A stretch of 64,000 nt of DNA from Octopus vulgaris. Lineage: Eukaryota. Below, piece by piece: positions 25,716 through 38,624 of the stretch; position 1 is the stretch's first letter, and the number at the start of each line of letters is the position of its first letter. Position numbers and translations under genes: made by a program. The DNA lies in contig OX597838.1 of NCBI GenBank assembly GCA_951406725.2, forward strand, positions 9,982,001 to 10,046,000. The letters are read 5' to 3'. The notes beneath the pieces are model-generated. The model saw only the letters and a list, made by a program, of their open reading frames with translations, searched no databases and was not told where the DNA came from.

Positions 25716-26552
25716 CATTTAACATCTATATTCCACATTGGCAATGGGCTGGACAATTTGACAGGATCAGACTAGCCAGAGTGCTGCATTGTGCTCTGTC
25801 TGCTTTGGCAAGGTTTCTATGGTTGGCTGCTCTTTCTAATACCAACCACTTAGATGTATCAGTGTTTTTTTTGTGTTTTTTTTTGTAGAAGCAAAACTGG
25901 CAAGGGCACCAAATAACTCACAAGATAAAACTACTTGATGGAATGGGGGTGCAGAATTGAATGAAGGGGTGTTGTTCCAGATGCCCCATCATTCCATCTC
26001 TCAAAGCATTAACATATCTGGGACTACAGTGTGCACTGTACCCCTACCCTTTTGAGCTTTAAGGGAGATTTGTCTGCTATTTCTAGCAAGGTGGACAACC
26101 ACATAAAAGCTCCCTCTTTGATTCATTTTATTCTGGTGATAGGAAACAATCTACTGACTCTACAAAGGAACAGCTGAACTAGGGTTTGTTTCTATCCCAC
26201 TTGTTTCTCTTTTCCCTCTGATTTCTCTGAATACTTTATCTATAACCTGACAAATATCCCTGTCGGTTGTCATAAAATGTTATTTATTTTCTGGATCTTA
26301 CAATCTCATAAGAATAATTATGTCAAAAACAATACATATTTTCATTTTATCCTAAAGAATATGATTGTCAGCTTGCTATTTTGTTGCTAGGCAGGTATTG
26401 CTGCTCTGTTTTACACGCTATTGTTTTTCCAAACCTGTGTTATTTCTGATTAAAATTTATAGTAATCATGTGCGTAATGTCTGCATGAGCAGAGTGCTAA
26501 TCTGCATAGATAGGATCTGCTTGTGTATGGCTGTTTTCAAGTACATATTTAA

Positions 26553-27158
26553 CCCTTTTGCTACCATATTTCTGTTCAAATACACTGCCTTTCATCATCA
26601 TCATCATCATCATCATTGAATGTCCATTTTCCATGCTGGCATGGGTTGGATGGTTTGACCAGAACTGGTGAGGCCAGGGCCCATACCAGGCTTCATTTGT
26701 TTTGGCTTGGTTTCTACAGCTGGACACCCTTCCTAATGCCAACCACTCCGCAGAGTTTACTGCCTTTGTTTCAACTAATTTTCAAAATAACAAAGAATTT
26801 AAGTATTATTAAGCTGGGGTGTGGAACAATTTAGCATAAAATATTGATGGAAGATTATAATTTAGACCACTTTAACCCTTTAGTGTTTGCATTATTCTGC
26901 CAAAATTAATGCTTTTTCATCCACATTGTTTTGAACTAATCATTCATTAATCTTGTAGTCATGAGATTTTGATGAAGTAGCTGTTAATTTTTAAAATGAC
27001 ATTGTAGGGTTGGTCTGAGAGACCAGATCTGACCAGTTTGGACATAAAACAGGCAGAATACTTTTGGCCGGATATGGCCGGTTTGAATGCTAAAGGGTTA
27101 AAACAGTAAGTTTGTCATAGAACCTGGGGTAGTCTAAGGCCGGTTCGCATCAAAAGGG
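26553..27158. mobile_element. TTAA MITE containing a family C fragment (26593-26758) and a second TTAA MITE (26876-27097)
   Basis: Outer TTAA|CCCTTTTG...CAAAAGGG|TTAA; inner TTAA|CCCTTTAG...CTAAAGGG|TTAA. The retroposon is flanked by TSD ACTGCCTTT (26584-26592, 26759-26767). Confidence 0.85.
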
Positions 27159-28077
27159 TTAAGTAAACAAATAGAAATCTACTTCACTGGCCAGCTTTGT
27201 GCTACTGCAACTTATGCAGTAAAGGTTAATAAATTGAAGTACTTTGAGATGAGAACCAAGTTATGTCATATCACCATTAATTTTTTTATTGGTTTCAGTC
27301 AGACACTGGTCCATCTCGGGGCCTGACTTTCAAGGCTTTTAATCACTTGTGTCATCATCCCAAGTATTTAGTCTGGCAGTTGTTTCATTGATTCGTATTT
27401 ATTGAATGGCTAAGTCAACATATTGAGTTATATTCCCCTTTTCTAAGGAGGTAATTTGTTTTTGAAACGAATGCTGCAATACAGTGTCTCTGTGTGTGTG
27501 TGTGTGTGTACACAAATACACATGTCCGTGTGTTTTTAGAATGGACATAGAAATGAAATATCATTCATATTGTTTTCCCATTGATTTTTTTCATTTTTCT
27601 GTTTAATATGTTTTACTCTCTTTATGTATTACAGCATATATTACAATGGAAGCCACTGTGTACATGACTATGCATCCACAACATGTAGATGTTGAGTTTA
27701 ATATATTATATTGAGCTCTAATGTAATTGGTTATTTGTTGTACAAAAAAAAACACACATTGTAATGTTTTTGTGTGACTGTGTGTGTCTATAAGTATCTG
27801 TGTGTGTGTGCGCTTGTGTGCTTCTTATACTAGTATCATCATCAATATCATCATTTTTCATGTTTACATGCGTCAAACAGAATTTGCTGAGTCAAAAATT
27901 TCCTGTGGCTGGATGCTCTGCCGGCCATCAACTTTCACCTGTTTCCCCATGACCAGATATGTTTGTCACAGAATATCGGAGTCAGAGACTGCTAGCATGA
28001 CAGCATGACACTCATTTACAACCATCACAATGTCAGAGCAAAGAAACAGTAAGACATGCATACACATACACACACAC

Positions 28078-28270
28078 ATTCAAAACAGATTGATTCGGAT
28101 TCCGTGCTACTTCAAGTTTTGCAAGCCCCTAATGGAGCCTGTCTCCTCGGGCTGGTGTGATATCCGAATGAATGGGAGAAGTACAAGAAGTCTGTTCATT
28201 CGGATATCCCACCAGCCTGAGGAGACCGGAATCTAAAGTAGCACGGAATCTAAATCAACATATCTTGAAT
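28078..28270. repeat. Fold-back (palindromic) element inside a family D SINE
   Basis: Outer arms TTGATTCGGATTCCGTGCTACTT / AAGTAGCACGGAATCTAAATCAA; inner 36-bp stem 28141-28176 / 28191-28226. Confidence 0.9.
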
Positions 28271-28523
28271 AATACATGTTACTCCGAATAAACGTGTTGA
28301 GTTTCCTTTCTTTCATTTGTATCCCAACCACCACACATACACACACACATGAATGATAATCTTCTTTCAGTTTCTGTCCACCAAATCCACACAAGGCTCT
28401 GGTCAACTTTGGTTAGGATGAAGCTCTTTGCTCAACATACCACATAGTGGGATTGAAGCCAAAAAACTAAGAAGGATACTTTTTATATCCATCTTATTGG
28501 TTACATCTGCTGTCTCTTGACAG

Positions 28524-28581
<58 letters not shown>

Positions 28582-28921
28582 GTTTAATGTATTGAAGTTT
28601 CCATTTTATGTCACTGTTAACCCTTTTGATATCAACCCACCTGAAATTACCCCTGATTCTACGATACAAACTTCCTGTTTGTATCTCCACTAAAACCTCC
28701 ATTACATTTCTATGTTAATACATGTTCCTACCTACAGTTTAACAATAAGGTTACTTAACTAAATTCTTTGTTGTTTTTCAAGATTAACTGAAACAAAGTA
28801 TTTCAGCAGAATTATGGCAACAAAAGAGTTGGCTTCTGTGAATGAGTATTGGAGTGTCTGACCAACCACATAAATTAGTTAGGATGTTATAGCTGTAGCA
28901 AATAATGGGTTTGTATCTGTG

Positions 28922-29510
28922 ATAGCTGTGTGATTAATTAGCTTGCTTTGCAGTCATGTGGTTTTGGGTTCAGTCCTACTGCACAGCATCTTGGGCAAGT
29001 GTCTTCAACTATAGCCATGGGCCAACCAATGCCTTGTGAATGAATTTGGTAGACAGAAACTTTGAAAGCCTGTTGTGTGTGTGTGTTCCCTCTCATACAA
29101 ACAGGCATCGGTTTGCTTCCAGCATCAGTTTAATCACATACCCATAACTTGTCAGTTTGGCAAAAGAGATCAATAAAATAAGTGCCAGACTTAGTAGGCC
29201 TTTAGCATTCAGATTAATCTGTCAAATGTAATGCTTATTGATTCACATTGTTTTAATTTAATCGTGCATTATCATGTAGCTTCTAGATTATGATGATGTA
29301 ATTGTTTGTTTTGAGAATGACATTGTAAGGTGGGTGTGAGAGGCCAGATCTGGTTGGCTTGGATAGAAAACCGGTAGAATATTTAGGCTGGATATGGTGG
29401 TTTCAATGTTAAAGGGTTAAGTAAGTATTGGGGTTGATTTGAATGACAAAAACCCCTTACGGTGGTGCCCCAGCATGGCTGCAGTCCAATGACTGAGACA
29501 AGATAAAAGA
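28922..29510 (+). mobile_element. Older family A SINE interrupted by type 1 MITE (about 29197-29420)
   Basis: SINE head and tail are split by CCTTTAGCATTCAGATT...TAAAGGGTTAA. Confidence 0.75.
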
Positions 29511-30755
29511 TTCATAGAGTATTATCTATTACATTGACAGGTAACTTTGGAAGTATACTTTTGTCACTGTAAATAATATCAAGAAATATGTCGTATAAAC
29601 AATAATTATAATTTCGCTTTTATGAAATTTCTTTGTGATTATATAAAACGATGAAATAATACTAATTTTAAAAGAAAGATATTACTGTGAAATTTAAATA
29701 AAACGAATTTCTCATTTGTATATTTGCAATAAATATAAGTTATTTTTCTAAATTTTATGAATATAATCACAGTCCACTGAAAATCTGCAAAATTTCATTA
29801 AAAATTTGTATTTCTTTGTATGTTATGAGACACCCATTTGCATCTCTTACATTAATTCTGTATCTTTTTTTTTACTTTTTCTCCCACTTTTTCTATATAA
29901 TTTAAAGTGTGATGAGAGAACTCCACCAATCAACATTTATATTGACATAAAAACCATATGCAAAAGCAGACAGGAGAGAATGGTGCAGTCCTCTGGCTTG
30001 CCAGTTCCAGTCCAACTGTCTGCCCCGTGCCAGTATGGAAAAGAGATGTTAAATGATGACAATGATGATGGTAGTGGAAGCCATCACCCACCCACAGCCG
30101 CTACTACTGTGTGGGTGAAATTCACTTCTTGGCCATGTGTGGTTTTGGGTTCAGCCCCATTGTGCTGCACCTTGAGCAAGTGAATTTGTTGGGCAGAAAG
30201 TGTGTGAACCATACCCTCTGTGTATGTCTGCAGTAAGTTTACAATCTGTACTTGTATGGAAACAGCACTGAGCTGTAAACACTGTGGGATGGAAAGAAGT
30301 GGGAGAGTATCTAGCAATGCCTCCATAATATGTACTCATCTAACCTATGCTGGCATAGAAAAACGGATGTCAAACAAATTATAAATAAGTATTTGTACTT
30401 TCTTTAAATTTTTTTTGGTGATTAAGTTTCTCTGTTTACTAACTTGTGACTTGGTTGTTCAAGATAAAAGTTGCTTACTGGAATATTTTCATGGGTAATG
30501 TCACCAATGACTATCTTATCTCATGCTGGTCTGATAAGTCAGTTACTTGATTTTATTTTTGATTCTTTATATATTTTTCAAATTGTAATTGAGCCAAGAA
30601 GTATGTGCAATGGATTTGATAAGAGGGAAAGGCGTGGTATAATGCCCTGCTCCTTTCTTAGGGTTGTTGGGTATGAATGACAACTGCAGCTGGGCTTGGA
30701 AAACCAGTTTATGGACTCAGTTTATTTTCTCTCTAGCTTTTTTGCACCAGTTATA

Positions 30756-30945
30756 TTTACTCTCTCTTTTACTCTTTTACTTGTTTCAATCATTTGACTG
30801 CGGCCATGCTGGAGCACCGCCTTTAGTCGAGCAACTAGACCCAAGGACTTATTCTTTGTAAGCCCAGTACTTATTCTGTCGGACTCTTTTGCCGAACCGC
30901 TAAGTGACAGGGACATAAACACGCCAGCATCGGTTGTCAAGCAAC
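30756..30945 (-). mobile_element. Family A SINE, 3' half
   Basis: Near-identical to 6952-7125. Confidence 0.88.
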
Positions 30946-31779
30946 TGTTTTTTTTTTTTTGTTTTTTTTTTCTCAAAGCCCAGAGTGGTAGATAATGGAT
31001 TTTATTTTTTTCTATTATAAGATACAGCGTTGAATTGCTATTGTTATTGTTTTAAATATTTTAAATTGCAGCAGTTTTTTCCTGGTAAAGTAAGTGACTG
31101 AAAGTGGGAGTTCTTGTTGCAGTATTAGTTAATTTGGTAAATATTGTTAACGAGTGAAAAGCAGTATTGAGTGTTAGAGGGAGGACAACGTGTGCAGTAA
31201 TCAGGTATGTTGCTACATGGGATAGAATCATGGAATAAAGTACCATTGTAGTAACAGGCAAAGAATGTTGCATTCTTAGCTTATTAGTAGTAGTAGTAGT
31301 AGTGGTAGTGAGGAGGAGAGAGAGGACAAGTTAAATATTGTCATCATCATTATATGCCAAGTGTTTAGTAAATGGAATGACTAGTTATTTCTCTAGCTGA
31401 CAACTTGGGTAGATTTTGAAAGAATGTCACATTATTTTAGTATAGCTGTGTTGTAAATGACATTTTGAAGTCACACACACACACACACACACACACAGCT
31501 TATCTATATATAAAAATAGCAAACAGACCCATGTACCAGCCTGCCTACAAGAACAACAAAATATATGCACCCCTATTCCCTAGTGCCATGTGGGCCCTAG
31601 TTGAAAACCACTGGGGAGTAGGGGTGCATATATTTTGCTAAAATTTATCTTTTCTATTTTACTTAAGTCATTACACTGTGGCCATGCTGGGGTACTGCCT
31701 TCAGGAATTTTAGTCAAACGGGAAAGCAGTCCAAAGAATCCTGTCGGTATCGGATCATATATATATATACATAATATGT

Positions 31780-31912
31780 ATGTGTTTGTGAGACCAAACA
31801 TCCCTGAAAGTTTCATCCAAATCCATTCAGCAATTCTTGAGATACCATGTCCATGGACAAACAAATACAACTGAAATCAATACCCCCGCCTTCACTATAG
31901 CGGAAGTAATAA
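31780..31912 (+). mobile_element. Helentron/Helitron-associated non-autonomous element end
   Basis: AAAGTTTCATCCAAATCCATTCAGC...TTCTTGAGAT, GACAAACAAA, and terminal hairpin CCGC...GCGG followed by AAGTAATAA. Recognised as a common invertebrate repeat end. Confidence 0.45.
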
Positions 31913-31923
31913 GAAGCCAAATG

Positions 31924-32050
31924 CAGTAATGCCTTGATATATGAGTTAATTTGTACCCGGAGACCGCTCATAAAGTGAAAACTCCTAAAGCAGGGCAATA
32001 ATTTCCCATAGTAGCAATGTTATAAATTGTAATTCATTCCCAGAAAAATA
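31924..32050. mobile_element. Tigger/pogo-like terminal fragment
   Basis: Starts CAGTAATGCCTTGATATATGAGTTAATTTGTACC and contains ATTTCCCATAG, resembling Tigger-type ends. No partner TIR seen. Confidence 0.4.
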
Positions 32051-32170
32051 TTTTACCTGTAAAATTTTAAACATTCGTAAATAAATGGTTATAAAACATC
32101 GGTAGAATATAACGAATATTTTATGTAAAATAAAAAGAATGTCAAGATCATTTATAATAAAAAATATTAT

Positions 32171-32577
32171 AGGCGCAGGAGTGGCTGTGTGGTAAGTAGC
32201 TTGTTTACCAACCACATGGTTCCGGGTTCAGTCCCACTGCGTGGCACCATGGGCAAGTGTCTTCTACTATAGCCTCGGGCCGACCAATGCCTTGTGAGTG
32301 GATTTGGTAGACGGAAACTGAAAGAAGCCTGTCGTATATTTTTATATATATATATACATATATATGTGTGTGTATGTGTTTGTGTGTCTGTGTTTGTCCC
32401 CTTAGCATTGCTTGACAACCGATGCTGGTGTGTTTACGTCCCCGTCACTTAGCGGTTCGGCAAAAGAGACTGATAGAATAAGTACTGGGCTTACAGAGAA
32501 TAAGTCCCGGGGTCGATTTGCTCGACTAAAGGCGATGCTCCAGCATGGCCGCAGTCAAATGACTGAAACAAGTAAAA
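32171..32577 (+). mobile_element. Family A SINE, full length
   Basis: Same as 2535-2922. Confidence 0.92.
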
Positions 32578-32627
32578 TCATTCCAGAAACATTTCGTTTA
32601 TGTATATGCACACACATATGCATGTAC

Positions 32628-32673
<46 letters not shown>

Positions 32674-33167
32674 CAATTCACAAGCACTCGTAGATGGACT
32701 TGTAAGTTCCTTTTTTAAAAAACAAATCTAGAGTTGTTTGCTTAGAAGCCTTTTTTCACTCTCTATAAATTTCTGGGTAACACGCAGAAGCATTTGTTAT
32801 GATAGTAGAAACTTTTGCACTTTGTTCGAAATTTAGTGAGTACTTTCATTTACTTAATGTTCACACTTAATACACACATGTACACACACACACACATATA
32901 TATTTAGGTACAGATGTGGTTGTGTATAGAGAAACTAAGTGCAACTGTTCAGCAGTGTGGAAGTGGTATATATATTATTGCTGTTACTCTTGCTGATTGC
33001 TCATTATAATTTTAGTGGTAATGAAATAAAGCATCAATCAGGTTGTACTGTGTTGTTCTTAGTGTCCTTCTCAAAAACTAAATGAGGAATTAAATTTTGA
33101 TCAGAGAATTTTTAATTGTAAAATCATTCCAGAAACATTTCGTTTATGTATATGCACACACATATGC

Positions 33168-33244
<77 letters not shown>

Positions 33245-33302
33245 GAAATAATGATTGTGTGTGTGTGTTCGTTCAAAGCTGACCTTCCACTCCATTGCAA
33301 CA

Positions 33303-33511
33303 ATGCCTGTTGCTAAGAGGATACACTGGACGATACCCCTTCCCCCCAATGGTGCACCCTCAGATTTACTCCACTTTAGTGACTTCACTTCAGCGTTCTT
33401 ACAAATGGTGCCCACCCAGGATATTCTGAAGCACCTTAAGGCACCAAATTCTGACGAAGGGCTTGGTGCATGTGATCCTTTAAGTAGCGGCAGTCATCTC
33501 TTTGATACCGA
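33303..33511 (+). CDS. Candidate first coding exon, unknown protein (MPVAKRIHWTIPLPPNGAPSDLL...SHLFDT)
   Basis: Non-repetitive and richer in GC than its flanks. Open frame from ACAATG to a consensus GA|GTAAGT donor (phase 2), downstream of a long (CT)n tract. No domain recognised. Confidence 0.35.
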
Positions 33512-34299
33512 GTAAGTTTGGTGATCAATAGTCGCCAGTTTTAAAAGAATAAGCTCTATTGTACCTCCGAGTAAATGTGTTTAAACTCCATTATTTGTCT
33601 TTGGGTGATCTATTAGTTTTAAAATAGGTTTTTACTTGCTCCAAAAACTGTATATATATATATATATATCACTAAGAGAAAGAAACATATTTATACGTTT
33701 CGAGTAGTGTTGTTACGCATGAAACAAAAATATTTCTTAAATAGAATTAAAGAAGTATTTGTTAAATGTCAGTCATGGGTTTTTAGAGATAGAGATTCAT
33801 TGTGCACATAGAGGAGATTTAAAGATTAAATATATTGAGTATTTGTGATTGGGAAAGGCCAGTGATTTTATGAACGTTGATAAGAATGTTTTATCTCTTA
33901 CTTGTTTCAGTCATTAGGACTATACCAATGCTGGAATACCGCCTCGAAAGGTTTTAGTTGAACAAATAAATCCAGTGCTTTTTTTTTTTTTTTATTAAAT
34001 CCTGGTACTTATTCTGTTGGGCTCTTCTGTCAAACTGCTAAATTATGAGGATATAAACAAATCAACGCTGTTTGTCAAGTTGTGTAGGGAAACAACCACA
34101 TAGTTACAAAGTGAGCTTCTTAACCACAAAGTCATGCTTGTGCTTACTAGGTGTAGCTAAGCTGAAGCTTTGAAACTGTGTGCTATTCTGAAGCAACCTG
34201 CAGATCATAAAGATATGTTAGTTGAATTTCTTTGTGTATGATATAAAGTTATTTTTAAAATTGAAAAAAATATAGATATATATATATACATATATTATA

Positions 34300-34518
34300 T
34301 TAAATTAGAGACAAAACCACTATTAGGCAAATCATACAATGAAAAACTTAAGCCAATACATAAGATTATTTAATTTATATTATTTAAATATATAACAAAA
34401 TTATTAAAAAAATATAATTAATATATCACTACGATCGTTTCATGGCTGTTAATTTCTTTAAATTTTCGAGTTACAGTCATTCATCAGGTGGTTTAAATAT
34501 TTATCTTGGCGAGGTTTA

Positions 34519-34521
<3 letters not shown>
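34300..34521 (-). mobile_element. Penelope-like element terminal fragment in (TA)n
   Basis: TA repeats on both sides. Carries a minimal type I hammerhead typical of Penelope-like element repeats. Confidence 0.6.
34425..34492 (-). ncRNA. Minimal type I hammerhead ribozyme
   Basis: Minus strand: ACCAC CUGAUGA AUGACUGU...ACAGCCAU GAA ACGAUCGU A GUGAU. This gives stem I, intact core, stem II (7 of 8 pairs), palindromic stem III and a GUA cleavage triplet. Confidence 0.8.
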
Positions 34522-34559
<38 letters not shown>

Positions 34560-34561
<2 letters not shown>

Positions 34562-34730
34562 TCATTTAGCGTCTGCTTTCCATGCTAGCATGGGTTGGAC
34601 GGTTCAACTGGGGTCTGGGAAGCCAGAAGGCTGCATCAGGCCCAGTCTGATCTGGCAATGTTTCTACGGCTGGATGCCCTTCCTAATGCCAACCACTCCG
34701 TGAGTGTAGTGGATGCGTTTTACGTGCCAC
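34560..34730 (-). mobile_element. Family C retroposon, 5'-truncated
   Basis: Reverse complement of the family C tail. Confidence 0.88.
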
Positions 34731-35599
34731 TGTCCCTTTATCATACACTTGGCATAAAACCACCTACCTCCACCTTCCCTTCCCATATATTTCCTCTTGC
34801 ACTTCATAAATTCTGTAAAGTGGTTGGCTTTAGGAAGGGCACCCAGCCATAGAAATCGTAACTGAAGATGACATTGGAGTTTGATGTGGCCCCGCAGCCT
34901 GCTGGCTCCCCACTAAACCATCCGACTCATGCCAGCATAGAAAGTGGGTGTTAAGTGATGATGATGATGATGATGGCAATATATATGTAAATTATTTTGT
35001 ATTGTTGTAGGATGTGTAAATCTCTTTCAGGTTTTGCAACTCTGACATCTGAAGATTATTGTGGATGTGGCTTTTTAAGCAAATGCAACCACTCCTGGAT
35101 TATTGTAGTGTAATAGGGAGAAGTAGCACTTAATAAGTATTGGTTATTAGAAGAGATTATCATATTGGTTTGGTTATAAGAAGAGATAAGCTAAAGGTAA
35201 GCCTCAAGTTTCAGTAAACCATGATTGGCATGAAAGCTCACCTGGGAAGATCAGGATAGTTGACAATCTCGTCACTGCTGACTGAATGGGAGGTGAATAA
35301 TAAGATGAGGAATATAAGTATTAATTTTAAATTTTAATTAGTTTTAACCTAATTGTCTTTATCTTTTCTTTTGTGGGCTTCTTGCATGCTTCAACAAAAT
35401 ATTTTAATTTGTTCCTAAAAATGTATATCTTATAGTTAAAATGGTCAGTATGTCAGTAATGATAATGAGTCTCATTTTCCCAAGTTTTTAAGAAACTTAA
35501 AATTTTTAACAAGCCTGTGGGAATGTCAAGTGCTCAGAAATATGTCTGAAAAAATATTATTCTAACAGCACTTTTAAAAATACTGAACAAGGCACATGT

Positions 35600-36045
35600 A
35601 GAACTAGGTGGTGAAGAATCTCATTTTACAAGCACATAGTTTTGTGTTCAGGTTCACTGCACAGGATCTTGGGCAAGTGTATTCTACCATAGTCCTGAGT
35701 TGATCAATTCCTTGTAATTGAATTTGCTAAACAGAAACTGTGTGGAAGCCTGTTGTGTATATGTGTGCGTGTGTGTATGTATGTTTGTGTTTTTTCCAAT
35801 CAAAAATTATGGAAGTCTATCATGTATGTATGAATGAATGTGTGTGTGTTTGTCACCACCACATGACAACCAGTGTTGGTTTGTTTATATTCTCATTACT
35901 TAGTGGTTCTGCAAAAGCAGCCAATAGAATAAGTACCAGACTTTAAAAAATAACTACTGGGGTTGGTTTTGTTCAGCTAAACCCTTCAAAGCAGTGATCC
36001 AGCATAACTGCAGTCCAGCAAGTGAAACACATAGAAAATAAAATA
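35600..36045 (+). mobile_element. Degenerate family A SINE
   Basis: ATCTTGGGCAAGTGT core and AATAGAATAAGTACCAG...CAGCATAACTGCAGTC tail. Confidence 0.7.
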
Positions 36046-36412
36046 AGACTTTATTTTTCATACAGATAATTATTCTGAAACTGATATTAAGCAGTACTGA
36101 ACAAGTATTTCTCTATGAAATCATTTCTGATTGTCATGAAATACAGGAATTAACTTCAGTTTTTTTCATTCAAAATTTTGGTGACAAAATATTGCCAATA
36201 CTCAATGAACTCAATACCTGTTGCATTTTGGACACTCATTAGCTGATTTAACAATTTAGCATTTAAAGTGACCATATCCAGTCCAAATATTGTACCTGCT
36301 TTATGTTCAAACTGACCAGATCCAACCTCTCACACATACTTTACAATGTCATTCTAAAAATAAACAATCACATCATCAAAATTTTAAAGCTGTGAGATGT
36401 TGCATGATTAAT

Positions 36413-36550
36413 ACCAGAGGGCACACTGATGTAATCTCCAGGGATACAGGTATCCAACAACAGGACCTCCGTAATGCCATGATGGACCGTGAAGTCTGGT
36501 GTAGCATGGTAAATTCCATTGTCTCGACCACGGTCGAACAATGATGATGA
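36413..36550 (+). mobile_element. RTE-clade LINE extreme 3' end with TSD, nested in a type 1 MITE
   Basis: Encodes DVISRDTGIQQQDLRNAMMDREVW...VEQ* + (TGA)n. TSD TGCATGATTAAT at 36401-36412 and 36551-36562. Same family as 59055-59468. Confidence 0.88.
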
Positions 36551-38624
36551 TGCATGATTAATTCAAGACAATGAGAATTAAGCATTTACTAACTCCTTTA
36601 TGAGCAATGCATAATATTGATTTTTTAAAAATATTTTTCACTGTAGAATGTATTTTTCGTATAACAAACCATATAACCATGTGATGTGATTTCAATCCTA
36701 TCTCTAGTTAAGACCATTTCATCAGTTGGGAGATGAGTTTTGAGGGTTGTTGAATAAAAAGTATAGAGCTTCAGTATCTATTCTAATTTCCTTTGAATAT
36801 GTTGGATTTTTGTCTGATTCTGCTGTTACTATGATGTTGTATTACCACAGCTAGGTGTTTAATAAGTTTGTTTCATGACCAAATGGTTCTGGGTTCAATT
36901 ACACAGTAAGGCATGTTGGATAAGCGTCTTCTGTTCATAGCTTCTGCTTAGCCAATACCTTGTTAGTAGAATTTGATAGATGGAGTCTGTGGGGGCCTCT
37001 GTGTGTGTGTGTGTTTATTTTTAGCAGTAAAGGTAGTGAACAATGGCCAAAAAAGAAAAATTTTTTTCAAGTGTGTTGTTTGAACAAAGCCTACTGAGCT
37101 AAGTAGACACTTCCCAGTTACTTTCACCAACAGAAAAGGCAGCAAACCAGTGATTGACTGGAAAGCAATAACCAGCAACACAAAATGCGATATAAAATTT
37201 AAGAAACACAATCTTGTCATAACATTGTTTCATTCTTAATTGGGAGATAACTTTGTGTGGGTAATTGCTGTGAATTCTTGACAAGCTTTTTTTTTCTTTT
37301 TCTTTCTGGTGATGGTCACCTCAAAGTCATAAACCACAATCTGTTTTAAGTGTAGTTAATTTTTATTCTGAACTTTTAGAAGTATGTTTTCATATTATCT
37401 ACATTCAAGCCTGTTGTGAATCATAATAGTAAGTCTTCTAGCAGAACTTAACATGGTTTGTGGCAGTTTTGTTGAAAAAAAAATAAACTGCTTTACTGTT
37501 TGAATGTGGAATTCTGAGGCACTAAATTCTAGACAGTAGTAACTTGCCAAAATGTCAAAGCAACTTCAGACAGTTGCATTTCATTAAACTCTATTCATAT
37601 TTCGTGATCTAAGTTAGGATAAGTACTATAATTTTTACTTATAGTTTGCATGACTTAGTTTCACAGCCCACATCCTAATATCATTCAATTCCTCTTCTGT
37701 GCAATATTGATTTCTTTCAAAGAAATTGATTAATATATTATCATTTGGTGATTATGAAAACTTTCCAAATAGAACCATAGACAAATGATTTTTTTTCCCC
37801 CCTGCATTTGTTTTTTACATTTTTTATTTATTTTTTTTTCGAAGACACATATTGCCTGACAGATGAATTGAAATGAATTAAATTAATCTTTAGTTTGTTT
37901 AAACCAAGCATCGAGTTATATTTATTTTGGAACAGCTCCAGTTGTTTGTTTTACTTTCTGTGTCTAGTCAAATAAAGTTGGCGGACTAGCAGTAAGTGTT
38001 TGGGGACCTTACAGTGTAATGTAGCCTGTTCCTCTTCCCTTAATCTTTATTTCTTTTCAGAATATGAATTTAGAAAGAAGAGAAAACGGAAAAAAAAATC
38101 AATATTTTCAAGTCAGGTTGATATATGAAATATTACAAGATAAATTTTAATATTTGTATATATCAAGAGTGGTTTTAGTGAATGATATGTGGTGGCAGAT
38201 ATGAGAGAGTGCTGTGCTTGATGCAACCCGCAACCGTGTGGCTCACCAGGTCCTGTCAAACCATTCAACCCACGCCAACATGGAAAATGCACATGATGAT
38301 ATTAGAGAATTAGAAACTACATGGAGATGTGTATTTACAGTAGATGTCCTCATGGGTAGTACAAGTTTTGTCAATCTAACGTAGAAATAATATTCAGTTA
38401 CCATATAGAATAGTATTCTTGTAATATAACAGATCTCTAACAAATTTATTTTCATGAATATACTCAGAATCATGAAAAAAAAGGTTATAATGTATTTCTG
38501 AAAAATAATTATAAGTCACCTTATTCCTGATCTTGTTTCATATTGCACAGTAGAAGAGTTTAATTGATCACATATATGGAAAATAGAATTTAGCTTGCAG
38601 CTAAATATAATTTATATTACAGTA

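Noticed and set aside
38061-38116. Acceptor followed by an NLS-like frame YEFRKKRKRKKK
   Set aside because: Explained by an A-rich tract, and the donor (GTTGAT) is weak.
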